Positions 52,109 through 62,025 of a DNA stretch of 64,000 nucleotides are shown piece after piece (within the stretch, counting starts at the first letter, position 1; every line of letters begins with the position of its first letter). This DNA comes from Oligoflexia bacterium (lineage in GTDB: Bacteria > Bdellovibrionota > Bdellovibrionia > JABDDW01): positions 43,757 to 107,756 of the forward strand of contig JAYTHU010000170.1 in NCBI GenBank assembly GCA_043732305.1, in the 5' to 3' direction. A program made the translations under genes and the position numbers. The notes beneath the pieces were generated by a model, which searched no databases, was not told where the DNA came from, and saw only the letters and a list, made by a program, of their open reading frames with translations.

Positions 52109-53500
52109 ATGTTAGGTGAAATCGACACCATCGCAGCTATAGCTACATCAAAAGGAATCGCAGCACTGAGCATATTGAGAATTTCCGGAGAAAAAACTTC
52201 GGAAATTCTGAGGATGTGCTTTGTCTCAAAAGATCACGACTTTTCTGCTTCTCACAAAGTCCACTATGGTTTTTGGAAAAATTCTTCGATCGACAGTTCA
52301 CTAGAAAGTCTAATCGACGAAGTCACAGTTTTATTTTACGCCAAAGGCAGAGGTTTTACCGGTGAAGAAGCAGCAGAAATAATCTGCCATGGTGGACCTG
52401 TCGTGACTGAAATGATTTTGACCTCCATCTTGAATGCCGGGGCCCGCTCTGCAAAGCCTGGTGAATTTACTTTTCGCGCAGTTATGAATGAAAAGTTAGA
52501 TTTAGTGCAGGCGGAAAATATATTGGAGCTGATTCACGCTCGCTCACCGCTCCGTGCAATGCAGGCCTTACAAAATATCAAAGGTTATTTTTCGAAGCAG
52601 CTAGAAGAAATGGACAGCGAACTTGTTTATGTTTTAGCCCATATCGAAGCTTCAATTGATTTTACAACTGAGGACATTCAGCCTGTAGACAACAACGAAA
52701 TTATCAAGCGAACACAAAAACTTAAAAATAAAGTGGATCTGCTGATACTCGCTTTTGAACGAAGTGAGAAAGCAGAGCACGGTTTGCGTGTGGCCATTGT
52801 AGGAAAACCAAATTCAGGAAAATCAAGTCTTCTCAATTCACTTTTGGGAAAAGACCGAAGCATTGTTACGCCACTTGCAGGAACCACCCGGGATACAATT
52901 GAAGCGGAGCTTCGCTACGGGAACTCTCTTTTTACTTTCATTGATACCGCTGGATTGAGAGCAGACAGTAGTGATGAGATTGAAAAAATTGGAATGGAAA
53001 GAACAAAAAATGAAATTTCCACTGCTGATTTTATTATTTATGTGGTTGATTCGTCCCAATATTTTTCTATGGAAGAAGAAAAAGCAATTTCTAAGATTGA
53101 AAAAAATAAATTAATATTTTGTTTTAACAAAATTGATTTACTTGACTCCTCGAGAAGCAACCCATTAACAAATTCTATTTATTATGAAAGTGCTGCAAAA
53201 ATTTCCTGCCTTAATCATCTCGGAATCGAAAGCCTTCATCAGATTTTAAAATCAAAAATTGGAACATACTCGGATGCTGAAACTGAACCGATGATTGCAA
53301 CTAAACGGCAAAAAGAGAATTTGGTTAAAATGCAAAGTTCATTGGGTCAAGCACTCACTCTTTTGAGTCAATCTGAGTCTCCGGAATTCGCAGCCTTTGA
53401 AATTAAGAATGCATGGCTTGAAGTTAAAGGTCTCTTAGGTAAAGAAATCAGAGATGACGTGATGAATAAAGTTTTTAAGGAGTTTTGCATTGGAAAATGA
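52109..53500 (+). CDS. mnmE: tRNA modification GTPase
   Basis: DTIAAIAT, GKPNSGKSS, GTTRD, DTAG, NKID, FCIGK. Confidence 0.97.
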   Translation: MLGEIDTIAAIATSKGIAALSILRISGEKTSEILRMCFVSKDHDFSASHKVHYGFWKNSSIDSSLESLIDEVTVLFYAKGRGFTGEEAAEIICHGGPVVTEMILTSILNAGARSAKPGEFTFRAVMNEKLDLVQAENILELIHARSPLRAMQALQNIKGYFSKQLEEMDSELVYVLAHIEASIDFTTEDIQPVDNNEIIKRTQKLKNKVDLLILAFERSEKAEHGLRVAIVGKPNSGKSSLLNSLLGKDRSIVTPLAGTTRDTIEAELRYGNSLFTFIDTAGLRADSSDEIEKIGMERTKNEISTADFIIYVVDSSQYFSMEEEKAISKIEKNKLIFCFNKIDLLDSSRSNPLTNSIYYESAAKISCLNHLGIESLHQILKSKIGTYSDAETEPMIATKRQKENLVKMQSSLGQALTLLSQSESPEFAAFEIKNAWLEVKGLLGKEIRDDVMNKVFKEFCIGK

Positions 53501-55370
53501 CTTTGATATCATCGTTATTGGAGCTGGACATGCCGGTTGTGAAGCTGCGCTCGCTAGCAGCCGCATGGGACTAAAGACGGCAATGGTGACTACAAACACC
53601 AGGCACATAGGCTACATGTCGTGTAATCCAGCGATTGGGGGCCTAGCCAAAGGTCACATTGTCCGCGAAATTGACGCGCTGGGGGGTGAAATGGGCGTTA
53701 ACACCGATAAATCCACAATTCAATTTCGTCGTCTCAATACTCGCAAGGGTCCAGCGGTAAGAGCTTCCCGTTCTCAATGTGATAAAGAAATTTATTCTAA
53801 TAACTTGACTGAAACTCTCCTCAATCAAAAAAATCTTTCTATTGTCGAAGCCGAAGCTAAGAATCTTTGGTTGGAAAATGGAAAATGTGTCGGTGTGATC
53901 TTGCCAGACGGAAGTCGAATCCGTTCCAAAGCCACAGTTATCACAACGGGAACTTTCATGAACGGCATGATGCACGTCGGTATGCGTCAAGAGGCGGGCG
54001 GCAGAGCTGGCGACAAGGCTAGTCATGGATTGAGTGATCAGTTGAAGGATTTCGGCTTCAAGGTCACTCGACTTAAGACAGGCACTCCCGCTCGGCTACA
54101 CAAAGACAGTATTGACTGGTCGAAGACGACACCTCAGCCTGGTGACCCTGTTTTTTATCCGTTCAGCCGACAATCTTCAGGCCTGACATTGCCACAGATA
54201 AATTGTTACTTGAGTTACACGAACGAAAAAACTCATGACATCATTCGGACTAATTTGCACAAGTCCCCGATGTACTGCGGTGTGATTGAGGGTATTGGAC
54301 CAAGGTATTGCCCAAGCATCGAAGACAAAGTTGTGAGATTTTCTGATAAGGATCGCCATCAAACATTTTTAGAGCCCGAAGGTTTGACCAGTGATCTTAT
54401 TTACGTTCAAGGAATGTCTACGAGCTTGCCGATTGATATCCAGGAGGAATTTTTAAAAACAATTCCTGGACTAGAAAACATGAAGATTGTGCGGCCTGGT
54501 TACGCTGTTGAATATGACTTTATTCATCCCACTCAATTACGAAGAACTTTAGAAACCAAAGGTATTGAGAATCTTTTTCTTGCAGGACAGGTCAACGGAA
54601 CAAGTGGTTATGAAGAAGCAGCAGGCCAAGGTTTTTGGGCTGGAGTGAATGCTGCGAGAAAAATTTTGGACAAACCAGAATTCATTTTGGGCCGTGACGA
54701 AGCTTATCTTGGAGTATTGATTGATGACCTTGTAACAAAGGGAACAGAAGAACCTTACAGAATGTTCACTTCTAGAGCTGAATATCGTTTGGTTCTACGC
54801 GAGGACAATACTGAAGAAAGATTACTTTCCACAGGTCATGATTTAGGTCTTGTGAGTGATTCTGATCTGGCAGCTTTCGAAATCCTGCAAAAACGAGCTG
54901 ATGATTTTCGTTTGCGTCTCAAATCCACCATTATTGTTCCAAATCAGGAAAATTTAGACAAATTAGCCAATCTCGGCACCGCTCAAATTGTGAAGCCCAC
55001 CACACTAGAGGAAATTTTAAGACGTTCTGAGATCACAATGGATCAGCTTCAAGAATTTGATTCGACTGTAGTAGTGGAAGATCGTCTTAAAGAACGAATT
55101 GAAATTGCAGTCAAATACGAGGGCTATGTTTTCCGCCAAAAGGAACTCATTGGACAGACTCGTCGATTAGAAAACTTCAAAATACCGTCTGACTTTGATT
55201 TCAAAGCTGTAATTGGTTTCTCCAATGAAGAGCGTGAGAAATTAGAGAAGATCAGGCCCGAAACAGTGGGGCAGGCAAGCCGCATATCGGGAGTAAATCC
55301 TCCTGCGATCCAAGCTTTGCTTATAAAGCTAAAGGGAAAACAGAAGACGCGTCAACTGGTCGTTAATTAA
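53490..55370 (+). CDS. mnmG: tRNA uridine 5-carboxymethylaminomethyl modification enzyme
   Basis: GAGHAGCEAA, MSCNPAIGG, GPRYCPSIEDK, GQVNGTSGYEEAA. Confidence 0.98.
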   Translation: MENDFDIIVIGAGHAGCEAALASSRMGLKTAMVTTNTRHIGYMSCNPAIGGLAKGHIVREIDALGGEMGVNTDKSTIQFRRLNTRKGPAVRASRSQCDKEIYSNNLTETLLNQKNLSIVEAEAKNLWLENGKCVGVILPDGSRIRSKATVITTGTFMNGMMHVGMRQEAGGRAGDKASHGLSDQLKDFGFKVTRLKTGTPARLHKDSIDWSKTTPQPGDPVFYPFSRQSSGLTLPQINCYLSYTNEKTHDIIRTNLHKSPMYCGVIEGIGPRYCPSIEDKVVRFSDKDRHQTFLEPEGLTSDLIYVQGMSTSLPIDIQEEFLKTIPGLENMKIVRPGYAVEYDFIHPTQLRRTLETKGIENLFLAGQVNGTSGYEEAAGQGFWAGVNAARKILDKPEFILGRDEAYLGVLIDDLVTKGTEEPYRMFTSRAEYRLVLREDNTEERLLSTGHDLGLVSDSDLAAFEILQKRADDFRLRLKSTIIVPNQENLDKLANLGTAQIVKPTTLEEILRRSEITMDQLQEFDSTVVVEDRLKERIEIAVKYEGYVFRQKELIGQTRRLENFKIPSDFDFKAVIGFSNEEREKLEKIRPETVGQASRISGVNPPAIQALLIKLKGKQKTRQLVVN

Positions 55371-55387
55371 CGCGAGGCATTAGTTTT

Positions 55388-55996
55388 ATGTCCGAGATTT
55401 TCTCAAATATAGATCCTCAAATGATGGCCCTCCTGGATTCATTTCTTGAAGAGCTCCGTAAATGGAATAAAAGCATTAATCTTATTTCAAAGGGCTCTGA
55501 GAAAGATGCTCGGATCATTCACCTCCTTGACGGCGTTCTGGGTGTTCGTGCGGTGATGGCCGACGCAAAGGATACGCAAGAGATTTTTGATCTCGGATCA
55601 GGGAATGGAATTCCAGGAATTGTATTTGCTATTATGAACCCAGGTATCAAAACTTGGTGTGTGGAATCGGATCAACGCAAGTGTGCGTTTATGAAGGCCA
55701 CAGGATATAAGCTAGGCATCAAGAACTTAGGGGTATTGAATCAGAGAGTTGAATCGATAGCAATCAACAAGTCATATACTCTGATTGCGCGAGGTTTTGC
55801 GCCTTTGAATGCTGCTTGTGAGTTAGTTGAGAAGTTTTCTTTGACTGGTTCAAGCTTCTACCATTTTAAATCCACTGACTGGCGTTCCGAGCTAGGTGAG
55901 AAATGTTCCACGTGGAACATTTCTCCTCTATCTACTTACAACCTACCGGTGGGTGATAAGCCTACGCGTGAAATTGTCAAAGCAGTGAAAATCTAG
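55388..55996 (+). CDS. rsmG: 16S rRNA m7G527 methyltransferase
   Basis: WNKSINL, HLLD, DLGSGNGIPG; follows mnmG. Confidence 0.93.
   Translation: MSEIFSNIDPQMMALLDSFLEELRKWNKSINLISKGSEKDARIIHLLDGVLGVRAVMADAKDTQEIFDLGSGNGIPGIVFAIMNPGIKTWCVESDQRKCAFMKATGYKLGIKNLGVLNQRVESIAINKSYTLIARGFAPLNAACELVEKFSLTGSSFYHFKSTDWRSELGEKCSTWNISPLSTYNLPVGDKPTREIVKAVKI
55904..55919. promoter_or_regulatory. parS site (perfect palindrome, inside rsmG)
   Basis: TGTTCCACGTGGAACA matches the parS consensus. Confidence 0.92.
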
Positions 55997-55997
55997 T

Positions 55998-56513
55998 CTA
56001 TTCGTGTGATTCTTTTTCTTCAACCTCTGCGCCGGCGGGTTTTGCCTTCTCATCTGGCAACAACTCCTTGATCCGTACGAGCGGCGACCACTCCTGACCT
56101 CTTTTGATTTCCATGGCCTTTTCAATTTCGAAGTTTTTGACCTCTAGATCATCGGGCCACGCTTTTCCATTTTCAAATGCAGCTCGATAAGTTTTTTGAT
56201 CATTCAATTTTCGCTCGGCAATTTTTATTAAAAGGTATCGTTTGCGTTCGTGTAATTTCGATATCTTCTGCTGCTTTTCAAAAACCGCTTCTAATATCGA
56301 TAGTCGGTCATTGCTGCCTTCTTCTAAACTCGTCAAAGAGGCTTCGCTTTTGGCAACTTCAGAATTTTGTGTTTCGATTTGTTTGCCCACGGCCTCTATT
56401 TCCGTCTGATAAGAAAGAAATATTGGATCAAAAGTGTGCGGATCCTTTTTTGGTTGATGACAAGCCGAAAGCAAAAGACAGAATGGAATTAAAGCGATCA
56501 ATTGAGTGTTCAT
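55998..56513 (-). CDS. Hypothetical coiled-coil lipoprotein
   Basis: Lipobox LLSA|C, heptad region; antisense to the surrounding operon. Confidence 0.75.
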   Translation of the reverse strand: MNTQLIALIPFCLLLSACHQPKKDPHTFDPIFLSYQTEIEAVGKQIETQNSEVAKSEASLTSLEEGSNDRLSILEAVFEKQQKISKLHERKRYLLIKIAERKLNDQKTYRAAFENGKAWPDDLEVKNFEIEKAMEIKRGQEWSPLVRIKELLPDEKAKPAGAEVEEKESHE

Positions 56514-56520
56514 GGGTTAA

Positions 56521-56548
56521 TTTTCGGACGATTTTCTATTAGACTTTA
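56521..56548 (-). promoter_or_regulatory. Possible sigma28 promoter, likely giving a leaderless mRNA
   Basis: TAAAGTCT-N12-TCCGAAAA, ending 7 nt before ATG 56513. Confidence 0.45.
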
Positions 56549-56552
56549 ATTT

Positions 56553-56568
56553 TGTTCCACGTGGAACT
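56553..56568. promoter_or_regulatory. parS site (one mismatch)
   Basis: TGTTCCACGTGGAACT upstream of parA. Confidence 0.88.
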
Positions 56569-56631
56569 ATTTGATTGCAATAACGTTGCGTATGTTTAAA
56601 TATTTACTGTAGACATCAACAAGGGGTGAAC

Positions 56632-57417
56632 ATGAGCCGAGTAATCTGCATAGCAAATCAAAAGGGTGGAGTTGGGAAAACAACCACGTCGATAAACTTG
56701 GCCGCCTCTCTCGCGAAGAGCGGGCAAAGTTGCTTACTCATTGATCTGGATCCTCAGGGAAATGCATCGAGCGGTTTAGGTATAAAGCGCCATGAATACA
56801 ACGATAAAAATATCTATCATGTTTTGATTGGTCAACTGACTATCCGTGAAGCCATTGTGAAAACCAACGTGACTAACCTTGATGTGGTAGTTGCGAACAA
56901 TGATCTTATCGGGGCAGAGATTGAGCTCGTGGATGCTGAGCGCAGAGAATATAAGATGAAAGATGCGCTGGCCACAATTGCCGATGACTACTCATTTATT
57001 ATAATCGACTGTCCACCATCTTTGGGACTACTCACCGTAAATGCACTGACTTCAGCAAATACATTTTTGGTTCCACTCCAATGTGAATATTACGCCCTTG
57101 AAGGACTTAGTCAACTTCTTAACACGGCGGGTCTAATTAAGAAAAAGTTGAATCCTGACCTTCGCATTGAAGGCATAGTTCTTACAATGTTTGACGCACG
57201 GAATAATTTAAGTCATCAGGTTGTAAGTGAAATTCAAACTCATTTTGGCGACAAAGTATTTAATGCCATTATTCCTAGAAACGTAAGATTAAGCGAAGCA
57301 CCCAGCCATGGAAAATCGATTGTTGATTACGATGATAAATCGGTTGGGGCCCGAAAATATAAAGAACTTGCCGAAGAGCTTCTACAAAGAATTCAAGGAG
57401 GAACTATAAATGGCTGA
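56632..57417 (+). CDS. parA: Chromosome partitioning ATPase
   Basis: NQKGGVGKTTT, DLDPQGN, IDCPPSLG, IPRNVRLSEAPSHG. Confidence 0.97.
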   Translation: MSRVICIANQKGGVGKTTTSINLAASLAKSGQSCLLIDLDPQGNASSGLGIKRHEYNDKNIYHVLIGQLTIREAIVKTNVTNLDVVVANNDLIGAEIELVDAERREYKMKDALATIADDYSFIIIDCPPSLGLLTVNALTSANTFLVPLQCEYYALEGLSQLLNTAGLIKKKLNPDLRIEGIVLTMFDARNNLSHQVVSEIQTHFGDKVFNAIIPRNVRLSEAPSHGKSIVDYDDKSVGARKYKELAEELLQRIQGGTING

Positions 57418-58456
57418 TCACAGAGAGCATAAAAAACCTATGGGCCGAGGTCTGGGCAGTCTTTTGGGCGATAGTGTTTTGGAAGATTTCAAAAGTAAAA
57501 GCTTGATTGGGAATGCGCACGAAAGTTTTATGGGTGCTAGTGCGAGCCCAAATCCCGTTCCAACGATGACCACGGCACGAATTATTTCCCAGCCCGGAAA
57601 ACCAATGGACAAAGCCGTAGAAAAAATCCAAGTTCAACCGGTGGCGCCTCAGCCAACTATTCCTGAACATCAAAGAATTTGGGACGTCGATATTGAAAAA
57701 ATCGTTCCTAATGAATTTCAGCCTCGAAAAACATTTCTTCCCGAAAAAATTCAGGAACTCTGTGAGTCTATCAAAGAAAAAGGCATTCTTCAGCCGATCG
57801 TCGTCCGAAGAAAAGGCACCGATAAATTTGAATTGATTGCAGGCGAAAGAAGATGGAGAGCTGCTCAGGCTGCGGGTCTCCATAAAATTCCCGTCATTAT
57901 CAAAAATGTCGAAGATCAAGAAAGTCTTGAACTTGCTCTTATCGAAAACATTCAAAGACACGACTTGAATTCAATTGAAGAGGCTGAAGCCTACCAAAGG
58001 CTTGCTGAAGACTTCAATATGAGTCAGGCCCAAATCGCGCAAAAAGTGGGCAAAGAGCGGGCTACAATAGCAAACACTCTTCGTCTATTGTCGCTCGAAC
58101 CTTCTGTTCGGCAAATGCTTGTGAACGGCGAAATTTCGACAGGACACGCAAAGGTACTTTTGGCTTTGAACGAGCCTCACATGCAAAAAGAACTGGCTAG
58201 AAAAATTACCAGTGAAAAACTCACTGTCCGTGGCGCCGAAAAACTAATGCAGAGCGTTCAAAAAAGAGGGAGCGCTAGTAGTAGGGATTCGCATGTAGAT
58301 GTTGCTTCTCAATTGGTGAAGGGTCTGCAAGAGGAATTGGCAAAAACTTTGGGAACTAAAGTTGAAATTAGCTATAATAAAGGTCAGGGACAAATTTCCA
58401 TTAGATATTACAGCGATGATGATTTGACTCGAATTATAGAAAGAATTAAAGACTAA
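57410..58456 (+). CDS. parB: Chromosome partitioning CTPase
   Basis: MGRGLGSLL, QPRK, GERRWRA, ENIQRHDL, HTH. Confidence 0.97.
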   Translation: MADHREHKKPMGRGLGSLLGDSVLEDFKSKSLIGNAHESFMGASASPNPVPTMTTARIISQPGKPMDKAVEKIQVQPVAPQPTIPEHQRIWDVDIEKIVPNEFQPRKTFLPEKIQELCESIKEKGILQPIVVRRKGTDKFELIAGERRWRAAQAAGLHKIPVIIKNVEDQESLELALIENIQRHDLNSIEEAEAYQRLAEDFNMSQAQIAQKVGKERATIANTLRLLSLEPSVRQMLVNGEISTGHAKVLLALNEPHMQKELARKITSEKLTVRGAEKLMQSVQKRGSASSRDSHVDVASQLVKGLQEELAKTLGTKVEISYNKGQGQISIRYYSDDDLTRIIERIKD

Positions 58457-58837
58457 ATGGCGACTCATTTTCAGATCATAAAACCTGTGCTTCCTGTGGA
58501 TAAAGAAACTGGTATCATCAACGCCGTTTTGGATCACGGAGCAAGGTTCGAAGGAAAGCTCACTTTTGAAGGGACTGTCAGAATTGGCGGGTATTTCAAA
58601 GGTGAGATTTTTACGAACGATGTTTTAGTGATAAGTGAGGGTGCTGAAGTCCATGGTCAAATCGAAGCCGGCACGGTTATTATTTCCGGCTATGTCGAAG
58701 GACATGTATTCGCGAGAGAAAAAGTAGTTGCCTACCCGCCTGCGGTAATTAAAGGAACTGTCTCTACTCCAAGTTTAAGAATTGATGAAGGGGTCCTCTT
58801 TGAAGGGACCACTAGCATGTCCCAAGACAACGCTTGA
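58457..58837 (+). CDS. Bactofilin (polymer-forming cytoskeletal protein)
   Basis: Beta-helix repeats FEGKL..EGTVRIGG.FKGEI...GAEVHGQI...IDEGVLFEG. Confidence 0.92.
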   Translation: MATHFQIIKPVLPVDKETGIINAVLDHGARFEGKLTFEGTVRIGGYFKGEIFTNDVLVISEGAEVHGQIEAGTVIISGYVEGHVFAREKVVAYPPAVIKGTVSTPSLRIDEGVLFEGTTSMSQDNA

Positions 58838-58911
58838 CTTCACGTTCTTTTGACTTATAAATAGCCAAGTAAATCTAAATTTTCTTGAAAATAAAGAAGT
58901 AGAAAACGCCC

Positions 58912-59352
58912 ATGGAAATATTGAAAAATCTAGGTGTCGACGGCACTTTTTGGATCCAGCTTGCCTTTTTCTTGATCTCCTATTTCTTTTTGTCGACATT
59001 TTTGTTCAAGCCATACAAAAAGAATTTAGAATTCAGAAGAAAAAATACCACAGCCGCAGTCGATGAAGCTCATCAGTTGGTAGCCACGACTGAGCGTATG
59101 GCGCTGGAATATGCCGGACAAATCAAAAAGCAAAATGACGAAGCCTTAGGATTGTATAATAAAATGAAGGCCGAAGGCACTGTAGAAGAAAGTCGATTGC
59201 TTGAAGCGGCACGCACCAACGCTGAGCAAACTTTAGCGGATAGCAATAGTCGCATTTCTCAAGAGATCCGAAAAACGAGAGAACAGTTAAAATCTATTTT
59301 ACCGGAAATGAGTAAGCTCGCCGCTAATAAACTTTTAGGACGTGACGTTTGA
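58912..59352 (+). CDS. ATP synthase F0 subunit b'
   Basis: TFWIQLAFFL...LFKPY plus coiled coil; first of two b-type genes. Confidence 0.85.
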   Translation: MEILKNLGVDGTFWIQLAFFLISYFFLSTFLFKPYKKNLEFRRKNTTAAVDEAHQLVATTERMALEYAGQIKKQNDEALGLYNKMKAEGTVEESRLLEAARTNAEQTLADSNSRISQEIRKTREQLKSILPEMSKLAANKLLGRDV

Positions 59353-59930
59353 ATTCTAAGCTTACAAAAACTTTTTTGATCTTAGTCGTTTCATTGATTG
59401 GAATTTATGCTTTCGCGGAAGAGTCTGCAGAAGCAGCACATCATGAAGGTGGAATTCCAAGAATCGTTTACATCCAAGCATTTAATTTTTTCGGGTTGCT
59501 TGCGATATTTTACTTTTTATTAAGAAAAAAAGTTTCAGGATTTTTTGCAACTCGACATGAAACATTAAAAGTCGCAGTCAATGAATCGAGAAGACTCAAA
59601 GAAGAAGTAGAAAAAAAACACCAAGACTATTTGACGAAACTTCAGTCATTGGAAAAAACCGGAGCGGAAACTCTGGAAAAAATAAAAAAAGATGGCGAAT
59701 CTTTAAAAGCGCGCATCATTCAAGAAGCGGTAAAAGCTTCTTCTCTTATAGAAAAAGAAGCGCTGAAAACAATTGAACATGAAATATCTAAAGCAAAAAA
59801 AATACTTTTTGAAGAAGCTTTAGATTTTTCCCTTGATGGAGCCAAGGCAATTCTAGAAAAAAATATTGCACCTGCTGACCAAGAGCGTTTGCAAAAGGAA
59901 TTTGTAGCCAGAGTAGGGAAAGTACAATGA
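59349..59930 (+). CDS. atpF: ATP synthase F0 subunit b
   Basis: Signal-like extension, QAFNF TM, coiled coil; upstream of atpH. Confidence 0.88.
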   Translation: MNSKLTKTFLILVVSLIGIYAFAEESAEAAHHEGGIPRIVYIQAFNFFGLLAIFYFLLRKKVSGFFATRHETLKVAVNESRRLKEEVEKKHQDYLTKLQSLEKTGAETLEKIKKDGESLKARIIQEAVKASSLIEKEALKTIEHEISKAKKILFEEALDFSLDGAKAILEKNIAPADQERLQKEFVARVGKVQ

Positions 59931-60469
59931 ACTATCAGGAAACTTCCCTTCGTTACGCTCGTGCCATTCTGAGCATTGCTCAAGAAAAAGGTCATGTAGA
60001 CAGCGTCGTTTCTCAGATGGAAATTGTTTCTAAGCAAGTTCAATCTAATCATGACGTTGAAGATTTTCTCACCTCTCCGGTCATGAAAGCGCAAAACCAA
60101 GAAGAGCTTCTCAAGAGCTTTTTTGAAAATCAACCTCTCCGTGAGGAGATTCAAAGTCTTCTCTATTTGCTCGTTAAAAAAAGAAGATTCTTTTTACTTC
60201 CTCAAATTTGCAAAGCACTGCAAATCGAAGTAGACAAGCTAGAGGGTGTTGCGCGTGGTGTAGTTAAATCGAGTAAAGAGCTCGATGTTACGCAACGAAA
60301 TAGTTTGGAAAAAGTGATCTCAGAATTCACAGGTAAAAAAATTCATTTGGAATACAAAGAAGACAAAAATCTTATCGGTGGAATTGTGGCCCAAGTTGGA
60401 AGTTATACGTTTGACGATAGCTTGGAAACACAAATTCAAATGATGAGAGACGATCTCATCAAGGCTTAG
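59927..60469 (+). CDS. atpH: ATP synthase F1 delta
   Basis: RYARAI, LIGGIVAQVGS..FDDS. Confidence 0.93.
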   Translation: MNYQETSLRYARAILSIAQEKGHVDSVVSQMEIVSKQVQSNHDVEDFLTSPVMKAQNQEELLKSFFENQPLREEIQSLLYLLVKKRRFFLLPQICKALQIEVDKLEGVARGVVKSSKELDVTQRNSLEKVISEFTGKKIHLEYKEDKNLIGGIVAQVGSYTFDDSLETQIQMMRDDLIKA

Positions 60470-60504
60470 TCCCGCATTTAATAATTTAAAGGAGCACGCA
60501 CTTA

Positions 60505-62022
60505 ATGGAAATCAGAGCGGAAGAAATCAGTCGAGTCCTCAAAGAACAGATTCAGAACTACAACAAAAAAGTTGAAGTTTCAGAAACTGGAACCGTTCTG
60601 ACAGTTGGTGACGGAGTTGCCCGAGTTTACGGTTTGGACAATGCACTCGCTGGTGAACTTGTTGAGTTTCCTCACGGAATTGCCGGTCTCGTTGTTAACT
60701 TAGAAAGTGACAATGTCGGCGTGGCGCTTTTTGGTGATGACTATCACATCAAAGAAGGTGACACCGTAAAGCGAACTAAAAAGATTTTTGAAGTTCCAGT
60801 TGGAAAAAATCTCTTGGGTCGCGTCGTTAATCCATTGGGCATGCCCATTGATGGAAAAGGCGAAATCACAGGAACAGAACTTCGCAAAGTTGAAATTAAA
60901 GCTCCTGGAATTGTTGACCGCCAATCTGTTAAAGAACCTCTGCAAACCGGAATCAAAGCTATCGATGCAATGGTTCCAATTGGACGAGGACAAAGAGAAT
61001 TAATTATTGGTGATCGTCAAACTGGAAAAACCACCATTGCAGTCGACGCTATTATCAATCAAAAAGGGCAGAATGTTTTCTGCGTTTACGTTGCAATCGG
61101 ACAGAAAAAATCTACCGTTGCTCAGGTTGTTGAAAAATTAAAAAAACACGGCGCAATGGAGTACACAATTGTTGTTACTGCAGGAGCCTCTGATCCTGCG
61201 CCTCTGCAGTTCATTGCTCCATACGCTGGTGTGACAATGGCTGAATATTTCCGTGACAATGGAATGCATGCTCTCATTATTTATGATGATTTGACCAAAC
61301 AAGCTCAAGCGTATCGTCAATTGTCGCTGCTTCTTCGTCGTCCTCCTGGTCGTGAAGCTTATCCTGGAGACATTTTTTATCTCCACAGCCGATTGCTCGA
61401 GCGTGCCGCGAAACTCAGCGACAAATTAGGTGGCGGAAGTTTGACCGCTCTCCCTATCATTGAAACCCAAGCAGGTGACGTTTCTGCCTACATTCCCACA
61501 AATGTTATTTCCATCACCGATGGCCAGATTTTCTTAGAAACAGATTTGTTCAACTCCGGACTTCGACCTGCGATCAACGTTGGTCTTTCTGTTTCTCGAG
61601 TCGGCGGGAGTGCTCAGATTAAAGCTATGAAACAAGTCGCCGGAACTTTGCGTTTGGATTTGGCTCAGTATCGCGAGCTCGCAGCGTTCTCTCAGTTCGG
61701 ATCTGATTTAGATAAAGCTACACAAAATCAGTTGGCTCGTGGAGAGCGGTTGGTTGAAATTTTGAAACAACCCCAGTACTCCCCTATGCCAGTTGAAAAA
61801 CAAGTTGTCCTAGTTTACGCAGGAACAACCGGATATTTAGACACTGTTCCCGTCAAAGCACTCAATCGCTATGAAAAAGAATTGTACGCTTTGATCGATA
61901 CAAAGTTTCCTCAGTTCTGGATCGATTTGAGAGAGAAAAAAGCTCTCACCGACGAGATAAAGAAAACTTTGAATGATATTTTGACTGAATTCAAAAACAC
62001 TTTTGATGCAAATAAGGCCTAA
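60505..62022 (+). CDS. atpA: ATP synthase F1 alpha
   Basis: [33 protein letters not shown]. Confidence 0.99.
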   Translation: MEIRAEEISRVLKEQIQNYNKKVEVSETGTVLTVGDGVARVYGLDNALAGELVEFPHGIAGLVVNLESDNVGVALFGDDYHIKEGDTVKRTKKIFEVPVGKNLLGRVVNPLGMPIDGKGEITGTELRKVEIKAPGIVDRQSVKEPLQTGIKAIDAMVPIGRGQRELIIGDRQTGKTTIAVDAIINQKGQNVFCVYVAIGQKKSTVAQVVEKLKKHGAMEYTIVVTAGASDPAPLQFIAPYAGVTMAEYFRDNGMHALIIYDDLTKQAQAYRQLSLLLRRPPGREAYPGDIFYLHSRLLERAAKLSDKLGGGSLTALPIIETQAGDVSAYIPTNVISITDGQIFLETDLFNSGLRPAINVGLSVSRVGGSAQIKAMKQVAGTLRLDLAQYRELAAFSQFGSDLDKATQNQLARGERLVEILKQPQYSPMPVEKQVVLVYAGTTGYLDTVPVKALNRYEKELYALIDTKFPQFWIDLREKKALTDEIKKTLNDILTEFKNTFDANKA

Positions 62023-62025
62023 GCA

